Translations under genes and position numbers: made by a program
Shown here: positions 55,426 to 64,000 of the stretch, piece by piece
Layout of the letters: each line of letters opens with the position of its first letter
Numbering within the stretch: position 1 is the first letter of the stretch
Assembly: GCF_006345805.1 (NCBI RefSeq)
Contig: NC_042997.1
Coordinates: 88,970,001-89,034,000 of the forward strand
Direction: 5' to 3'
From: Octopus sinensis
Lineage: Eukaryota
DNA length: 64,000 bases
Notes under the pieces: generated by a model
Databases searched by the model: none
Seen by the model: the letters and a program-made list of their open reading frames with translations, nothing else
What the model was told of the DNA's origin: nothing

Positions 55426-56299
55426 AAATTTTTCTTTTAGTTTTTTTTTTTTTTTGTAAGTACATTATCGGATTTTATTAGTTTTTTTCCATCTACTTCA
55501 ATTTTTCATCGGATTTTCAAAAAAAAGTTATTTCGAAAATCGTATTCGTTTTTTTTTTTTTTGTTTTTTTTGTTCCTTTTCTCTCAAAAATAGCGATTCT
55601 TCCTTCTATAGGCACAAAGGCCTGAATTTTAGATGGGAAAGGAGAGGCCAGTCGATTACATCGACCTCAATGCTCTCGAGTGGATGAAAGGCGAAGTCTA
55701 CATTTGAACTCACAATATAAAGCCGGAAGAAATGCCGCTAAGCATTTTATCTGGCTCGGTAATGAGCTTGCCGGCTCGCCGCCTTTTTTCCAGAAATTAA
55801 TAATAAAGAAGTTACATCAGCGTAGAAGATTTGAAAAAAATCTTGGGCAAATTTGAAAAAAATCTTGGGAAAATTTGAAATTCTTCAAGTGTTTAGAAGA
55901 AATTCAATGAAATCCACAATATGTTTTTTTTTTTTTTTTTGTACTTTCTAAGACTGTAGGTTATGATATGAGCAATATGAAGAAGATTTGGCTGCTATTT
56001 CTAAAAAATAAATTAGAGCATCCATATAGAGGCCTGCCTCTCGTTCGATCGTTGGATGATGTGAAATAAGTAAAGCACAGAAGCTGAGATAGAGCGGGGT
56101 GGGGAAAATGGAAGGTGGGGGATAGAAACACAAGTTAGAGAGGGGCTGAGAGGGAGTTAACTTAGTAAGTAGGTAGGTAAGAGTAGTAACACTAAGGAGG
56201 AGAAGGAGGAGAAGGAGGAGGAGAGGGTGACATACAACCAGCAGCAACAGATGAAAGCAACTGCTAATCATGTCGTCTACTACTACTACTACTACAACA

Positions 56300-56330
<31 letters not shown>

Positions 56331-56514
56331 ATAATAATAATAATAATAATAAAATAATAATAATAATATTGTGGTTACGGTGATGATTGTTGTTGGTATT
56401 ATACTTGTTACAGGAGTTGTGGCGGCGATGGGAGCATTGTTAATAGCTGTTGAGGTTGTTGTTGTTATTGTTGTTTTTGTTGTTGATGTTGTTTTAGTTT
56501 CTGATGTTATTGCT

Positions 56515-56757
56515 ACTGTTTAGCCCCAGGTCAACCATGATCAATTAAATTGACAGACACCTGTGATCAAAAGAAGACACTCCAGTCGCGACTATCCCGT
56601 CTGTTTTTCCTATGTGTGGAGAATATAGGACCACATTATCCAACGTCCTTTATTCGTTTTTCTGTTATCAATTTTAACGACCTTTGAGTGGGATTCGAGG
56701 CAGATTTGACTGCTATTTCTAACTGCATGCCGGACGACCACCTAAAGGTTCCTTTGT
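56515..56757 (-). mobile_element. Family D repeat
   Basis: tgtttagccccaggtcaacc..gatttgactgctatttcta, preceded on + by a (GTT)n-rich tract ((AAC)n tail on its own strand). Confidence 0.6.
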
Positions 56758-57002
56758 AGTTGTACCGTTGTTGTTTACTGTTACTGTGAATGTTGTAGAA
56801 GTGACAGTAATAGTTGGTGTAGTTGTTGTGCGTTATCGTAGCGTCGATCGAGCAGACATGATCAAAGGCATTCCAGCCACGACCAATCCCATAATTTTTA
56901 AATATCAGTGACTACAATATATTCCTTTTTTCTCTTGTGGCGGTAAGTGGGAGTGATTTGAGGGAGATTTGGCTGATATATATATATTTTTTCTTTTTTT
57001 TT

Positions 57003-57201
57003 TGTTACTTGTTTCAGTCAGTTGACATGCTGGAGCACTGCCTTTAGACGAGCAAATCGACCCCAGAGCTTATTCTGTGTAAGCCTAGTACTTATTCTAT
57101 CGGTAACTTTTGCCGAACCGCTAACTTATGGGGACGTAAACACACCAGCATCGGTTGTCAAGCGATGTTGGGGGGGGACAAACACGGACACACAAACATT
57201 T

Positions 57202-57234
<33 letters not shown>

Positions 57235-57257
57235 TATATATAGATATAGATATAGAT

Positions 57258-57306
<49 letters not shown>

Positions 57307-57448
57307 TATACAGTTTCCGTTACCAAATCCACTCACAAGGCTTTAGTCGGCCCGAGGCTATAATAGAAGACACTTGCCCAAGGTGCCATGGAGTGGAACT
57401 GAAACCATGACCATGTGGTTGGTAAGCAAGATACTTACCACACAGCCA
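57003..57448 (-). mobile_element. SINE family A
   Basis: Full module order with internal (CA)n(TA)n. Confidence 0.85.
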
Positions 57449-57504
57449 TATATATATATATACACACACACATATGTGTGTCTATATGCATACACATATA
57501 TATG

Positions 57505-57606
<102 letters not shown>

Positions 57607-57761
57607 CAGAGAGAGAGAGAGAGAGAGAGAGAGCAAACCAGACAGAGAATGAGAATGAGAAACAGAGCTAAGTGACCACGTAGAGACTGACTATTTTTGT
57701 CATTGCATATGTTATTGTTGTTATTGTTGATGTTGTTTTGCCTTAATCTGGTCCTGATCGT

Positions 57762-57861
57762 NNNNNNNNNNNNNNNNNNNNNNNNNNNNNNNNNNNNNNN
57801 NNNNNNNNNNNNNNNNNNNNNNNNNNNNNNNNNNNNNNNNNNNNNNNNNNNNNNNNNNNNN
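57762..57861. other. Assembly gap (100 N)
   Basis: Direct reading; different repeat families lie on the two sides. Confidence 1.
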
Positions 57862-57935
57862 GTTGGTCTGGAATCGAAACCACAATCTTACGATCGTGAG
57901 TCCAACACCCTAATCACTAAGCCACGTGCCTCCAC
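57862..57935 (-). mobile_element. tRNA-derived SINE head (family E), cut by the gap
   Basis: Minus strand ggaggcacgtggcttagtgattagggtgttggactcacgatcgtaagattgtggtttcgattccagacc with A and B boxes. Confidence 0.75.
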
Positions 57936-58643
57936 ATCGTGAATATAATTCTTAACAATTGTGGCATAATGCCAAGGAGTGAATCTGTTGGAAACGCGAA
58001 AGTGATTATTACTTAATATGCAGCTAGACGATAAATCGGTTATGTAAAAAAATGACCGACATCCATAAATCTTAGATTTGTCATACCCATCCAGACATTA
58101 ACCTTAGATGTGACCCTTTCCAAATGTTGAGCAAGGTTCTGTGAACTTCATCTGTCCAAATACGGCAGTTGTGGTGATTTACTCTTTACACATATAGAAT
58201 ATTATTTAATCACGGAAATGTTTTCCTTAAAGTTTTACTGTGAATGCATTCTCCAAAACAGTACGCGCTACACCTGTTGCAGGAAATCTCATGATAAATT
58301 GCAAATGATAACACTCTTTAAGCAAATACATTTCCAGAATTTTGAAAATGTGAGTCTCTGTGTTGCTGAAGGAAACAGATATCATGGATCCTCATTGAGA
58401 ATTGGATTCACTCACTACAATCACGTTTATCTTCTGACATATGTAGCCATCCGTATTTTTATCGTGGCACAGAGCCCATGTGTTTAAAGGGTTCATTAGC
58501 TTATGTATGTCTTCCTGTCGAGCCTACTTTACTGAATCGCCTTTTAAACTTATTTCTAATGTCTGCCAGATTACTACTAATACACACTTACCCTGCATTA
58601 AAATGTAGGGTCACAAAATTAAATACACAAGCGCGCGCTCAAG

Positions 58644-58676
<33 letters not shown>

Positions 58677-58797
58677 GAAACAGATATATATTAGCGGTTT
58701 ATTCGTCTTGAGAAAAGCATCTCGTAAAGACGTTTAATGCTTAAAGACCAGAAGTATCAGTGACAGACGAAAATGTTCAGTATCGGTGATGAAACTG

Positions 58798-58838
58798 CTA
58801 GATCACACGATTTCAGCGTATTTGATCTTCATCAGCAG
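58798..58838 (-). ncRNA. Candidate minimal type I hammerhead ribozyme (weak helices)
   Basis: Minus strand ctg CTGATGA agatcaaatacgct GAAA tc gtgt ga T C tag: intact core, AUC site, 3-bp stem III, 3-bp stem I with G-U, 2-bp stem II. Confidence 0.3.
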
Positions 58839-59141
58839 AATGTATCAACTAGCATCGCATATTGGCGAGCTCGCTTCCACTGATGTATAGAAAAAACAAT
58901 GACAATCAGGCAGCAGCATTAGTTCCGGTGATAGTGGCTACTTGCTGATGATTTGCAAAAATGCTAACATCGATGCTGAACAATTTTCACTTGTCACTGA
59001 TATGTCTGTGCCTGTAAGCACTAACCCTCTATGTGACGCAGGATAATGGCATTCTTATAATAAATTTAAGTTTAGGAGGTTATAAGATTCGCTATATATA
59101 TTATATATATATATAATATATATATATATAGATATATATAT

Positions 59142-59349
59142 AAAAGTTTCCAAACATTAAAGCACAAAAAACACAACAACGCGAGACGGGGAAACAAAAT
59201 ATAGTATTATTGGACGCTCAGGAAAGAAGAAAGAAGGAAGAAGGAGGGTTAAACGTTTCGAGGGAGCTCTTCGTCGGAAACATAAGAAGGAAAGATCCAG
59301 AGAAGGGAAGACAGAGGAAAAAAAATCGCCAACGGTACACACTCGGTCA
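59142..59349 (-). mobile_element. ~200-bp hammerhead-bearing element (Penelope pLTR / retrozyme-like) in (TA)n
   Basis: Minus strand gttt CcGACGA a gag-ctcc-ctc GAAACGTT taac at 59281-59248; (TA)n on both sides. Confidence 0.6.
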
Positions 59350-59390
59350 TTATTATATATATTATATAAGATATATATATATTATATATG

Positions 59391-59423
<33 letters not shown>

Positions 59424-60529
59424 CTATATATATATATACATAACATATATATACATATACATATATATATAGATATCTATATATATATACATACATATAG
59501 ATATTATATATAGATACAGATATATATATATAATAAATTATATATATATTATATATATATATATATATATTATATACTATATATATATGAATATGTATGT
59601 ACATATGTGTGTGTGTCTGTCTGTCTGTATAAATAGACTTAGTTAAAATAATAGTATTTTACATATAATTCTTTTATTATAAAAATTTGGTATGCAATTA
59701 TTTCCAGCAGTCATTATGATAGGTTTACTCAGTTGATCTATGATCATTGAGAAAATTCCAAAGACCTAAGACCTATTACCCTTTTTACAGTACAACAGCA
59801 GTCAAAGGCCGTGTGAACTCAGGAAACGAATAGGGAATACCGTTTGTGAATTTTTCAGGGCTAAAAATTCCTTCTTCAAATGAGATTATCGTTCCTGGAC
59901 ATTACGTACGCAAGGCAATAGCGGCAATAGCGGCAATAGCACACACACACAAGCAAACATGCACGTGTGCACACACATTATACGTATACGCAGATGAGAC
60001 AAGCGGGCAGACAAATAATCTGGTAGGTCAAGAGATAAGTAGATAAATGAGAAAACGTAAGTTGAAGACAAATTTCAGCACAAGAAATTTTATTGCAGAA
60101 GACAATAATAACAGAGAAAGCAATTACCGAAAGCTTACATATTTTTATGCAATAGAATCCTTGGGGAAATAATAAACATGATAGATGTATATGTGTGTGT
60201 GTATGGACGCATATATATTTATAAATACATATACATACACACACATATAAGTATATAATTATATGCACATATACATTCATGCATATATATATGCGAAGTG
60301 CAAGTACGCAGAAAACATATATGTATATTATATATGTGGTGTGGTGTATATAATATGTATGTATGTATATATAATATATGTATATATATATATTATATAT
60401 ATATATATATATTATATATATATATATATATATAATAATATATAATATATATATATATGCGAAATACAAATACTTAGAAAACATATATGTATTAATATAT
60501 ATATGTGTGTGTATATATACATACATACA

Positions 60530-60568
<39 letters not shown>

Positions 60569-60934
60569 CATATATATCTATATTATATATATATATGCGA
60601 AAATACAAAATACATAGGAAAATACTATATATATAGACGTAGGTATATTTATATATATATACACACATGCATTTACATATGTATATATATATTGCCACAT
60701 ATATACATATATATACAAATACATATGAAAACATTTATATATAGAGAGAGAGAGATAGATGATGTTCGTATATACGCATATATAATACATATGTTTATAT
60801 ATACGCACACAAGCACACACACACACAAACAAAACACATACACATATACACACATATGCATATGTGTGTGTGCATGTATATGTATTAATGTATGTATGTA
60901 TGTTTAAGCATAATATTTATATATATATATATAA

Positions 60935-61032
<98 letters not shown>

Positions 61033-61489
61033 TATATATATACATACATATATAATACGCGCAGGCACACACGAAGGAGAGAGTAAAAGAGAGAGAGAGT
61101 AGCAATTCAGAAGTCTTTTTCCATTTAAACACACCATTTTTCCCTTTTTTCTATATCGTTAGTTTTCTTTGCATACATATTTAATACTTTCTTTGCTATT
61201 TTATTGCAAATATCTTTTCACTTACATATATACATAAATACAAACATACATACATACATGCATGCATGCACGCATGCATACATACATACATACATACATA
61301 CATACATACAAACATACATACATACATACATACATACATACATACATACATACATACATACATACATACATACATACATACATACATACATGCACACATT
61401 GATACTGATATAGTTTTACATATATATTCATCGCTATAAAAATAGTCCAACCAAAAGCACAAGTCCAAAGCAAGAAATGGAAGAACTTC

Positions 61490-61880
61490 CTTCTCGCTAC
61501 GTCATCATTCGCGGAAACTTTCAGGCAAAATTTAAAGCTAGAAGTTTAGTTGATGACATGCCTAGGTCTGGAAGTTTCAACAATCTCAGTGAAACAGCCG
61601 TTTATTGCAATTCATTTTGAACAAAATCCACACAGATCATATAATGTTGGTGTCGCACATGAAGAGGAAACCAGCATTCCAATATGTTGGCGGTGTACAA
61701 ATAGTTGATCTCTTGTTTTTCAAGAATAGCTGATAAAACGTACTTGGATTTCCTGTTTTTGAGCTTCTTCCTGGTCAGGTGTACGGAACCACAATCACAG
61801 CCTTTCAGAATTTCGAGGTAAGAATCGAAATTTATAACAAATTGTACTACGTTCGATTTTGGCAGTCGAAAAAACTGTAA
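61490..61880 (+). mobile_element. Degraded Tc1/mariner-superfamily remnant
   Basis: KFKARSLVDDMPRSGS (cf. KF..TGSV.D.PRSGRP) and KTYLDFL; heavily decayed. Confidence 0.4.
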
Positions 61881-63919
61881 ATATTTATTTTGTGTTGTGC
61901 ATCCTAAAGTATACTAGACAAAATATCATTAACTATTCCCTCAAAAAAATATACGTTTTTTAATACCTTTGTTCATAGACAGATTAAACAATAAAAAAAT
62001 TATAAAGAGGCTTTTGAATCATCTTGTATGTGTGCATATACATGTATGTATATGTGGGGGGGGTGACTGGACGGATGGTTGAATGGATTTATATTCACAC
62101 GCACACATACACACACACACATGGTCACGCTTCTCTGTGTTCCTCGCTCTGCATTTCTCTTGTCTAGTCCTTTAGGACATTTTTCATTTCTCCCATGTAT
62201 TACTCTGCACTTGTCTGTCTGCCAGCCCACTGCTATTTTATTTTATTTTTGTACGTGTATTATTTTTTGTTGTATATGTATTATTATATTTGTCTTCGTC
62301 TGGCCCTAAGGCTATATTCTGTTTTTTATTTCATTTTTTGTCCTTCGTCCTTCCACAAACATTCTCGTCTCGAATTACTTTTATCCATTTTCGTATGTCC
62401 ATTTCCATATTTCTTGTTCATTCATTGTTTGTCCGTCTCGTTTTGTTATGTTATGTTTTGTTCGCATTCCCAGTAAGTTTTCTTGCTGGTTGCTTCCAGA
62501 GTAGAAGCAATATTATCGATAATGACACGAAATTGCGTTAGATACCCGGGCAGATAACTGATGAAAAGTTGGTGTCCTTCTGTGTTTGTTTTCTGTTTGT
62601 CTGTGCAATTAGTATATGCTTTTCAACTTGACGGGGGGGGTTTGGGGGGCGATCGTTTGTTTATTACTATATGTGTTTCACTTCTGAAAAAAAAGTATAT
62701 AAGCCTTCTGAGTGGATTCGGTGGACGGAATCTGAAAGAAGCCCATCGTATATATATATATATATATATAATATATATATATATATTCGGTATCGCGAAT
62801 TACCGCGCATCTGAATAAAATTCCATTATGTAAAACAGAAGCAGTATAAAATAGCCATCTAGTTTTATACTTAATGTAAATACATTCGTCCAGAGTTAGT
62901 AACTCTTATGGGCATGCTATGTTTGTAAAAACACCATACATAATGAAAGAGAGATGAAATCGTCCCAGCAGCAGTTATATCACGACTTTACGTATCTCTG
63001 AAGACTTTACAATACAATTTGCTTATGTAATCTGAATTGTATAATAAACATTCTGTTTTAAAGAAACGCGCGTAAGATAGTATAATTAAATATTTTATGA
63101 AAAATCTCTCCTATTTTCGTTTCGTTTTCTTTACATACTCTGTAATCCAACGGCGGATTCCAACAAATGATAGTGCAGTATAGTACGAGTTCTACTCAAT
63201 GTTTCTCTTCAAGCATACGAGAATACACAAGGAGTTTTAAGTACCAGTTATTTGTCAACCAATTTAAATTTTGAATCGATTACACATACATATTGAAATC
63301 ATAAGAGTTTAGAAAATGCGAAAGAACGTGAAATAGCTCTTTTAGGGGGCGGCAAACTCGAAGCAGATAAAGCTATGAATAATAGTGTGGAAACATTGGG
63401 GTTTGACAAGAGAAAGCTTCATCTGTTTGGAGTTACATTGTTCCAATACACAGACACACACATATAAATGTGTGTTCGTGTATGTGTATGCGCGCGCGTA
63501 TCAATGTATTTATATATGTAAATACGTAGTTATTCATACATGTATGTTTATATATACAGACAGAATAAATGCCTACGTTCTTTGCATATTTAGAGTAGAT
63601 ATTTGTGTTCCTTCGAGCATGTAAAGCTCCTCGGACCTCCTAGTTTGATACGGTATTTATTTCTAATTGAATCTCCTCTACACAAAATGCGTTTATATGT
63701 TTGTGTGTGTGCCTTGTATGTGTGTGCGTGTGTGTGTGTGCGTGTGTGTGTGTGCGTGTGTGTGCGTGCGTGCGTGCGTGTGTGTGTTCGTTAGTCGAGT
63801 CGCTTGATAGCTTTCATTTGCATCGGCCTTTTAACTTTCGCCTATGAAATAAAGCTGTTAGTGTTCCTTGTGGCTTTAAACCTATACAGCTATTACTACT
63901 ACGACTACTGCTGATGATA

Positions 63920-64000
63920 ATTGTTTCAAATTTTGGTACAAGGGCGGCAATATTTGAGGGGAGGGGAAACTCGATTACATCGATCCCAGAGCTCAGCTAA
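63920..64000 (-). mobile_element. SINE family B tail type c, 3' end, runs off the window
   Basis: ttgtttcaaattttggtacaagg..gattacatcgatcccag. Confidence 0.7.

Overview
AT-rich, microsatellite-saturated animal non-coding DNA. The tRNA-derived SINE families and the (TA)/(CA)/(ATAC)/(GATA) load point to an octopus genome; this is inferred from recalled repeat families, with no database search. Almost every ORF in the supplied track is a microsatellite artefact. Protein-coding signal is limited to decayed transposons: three tandem R4/Dong-type restriction-like-endonuclease (RLE) LINE pieces at 11.8-14.3 kb separated by trinucleotide tracts, a fourth RLE LINE inside an (ATAC)n tract at 53.7-54.2 kb, an internally deleted mariner at 52.5-53.4 kb, and RTE, CR1/Jockey, Tc1 and hAT remnants. 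There are also a few candidate exons of an unidentified plus-strand host gene (best at 18079-18234). Short repeats include at least five SINE-like families, several MITEs with intact target-site duplications (TSDs), a 364-bp foldback and a 100-N gap. Best leads: microsatellite-targeted RLE retrotransposons with non-autonomous derivatives, a covarying 3' UTR stem-loop and a possible HDV-like 5' ribozyme; a short hammerhead-bearing element in (TA)n; a dimeric SINE found twice; and repeated SINE insertion at one AATATT site.
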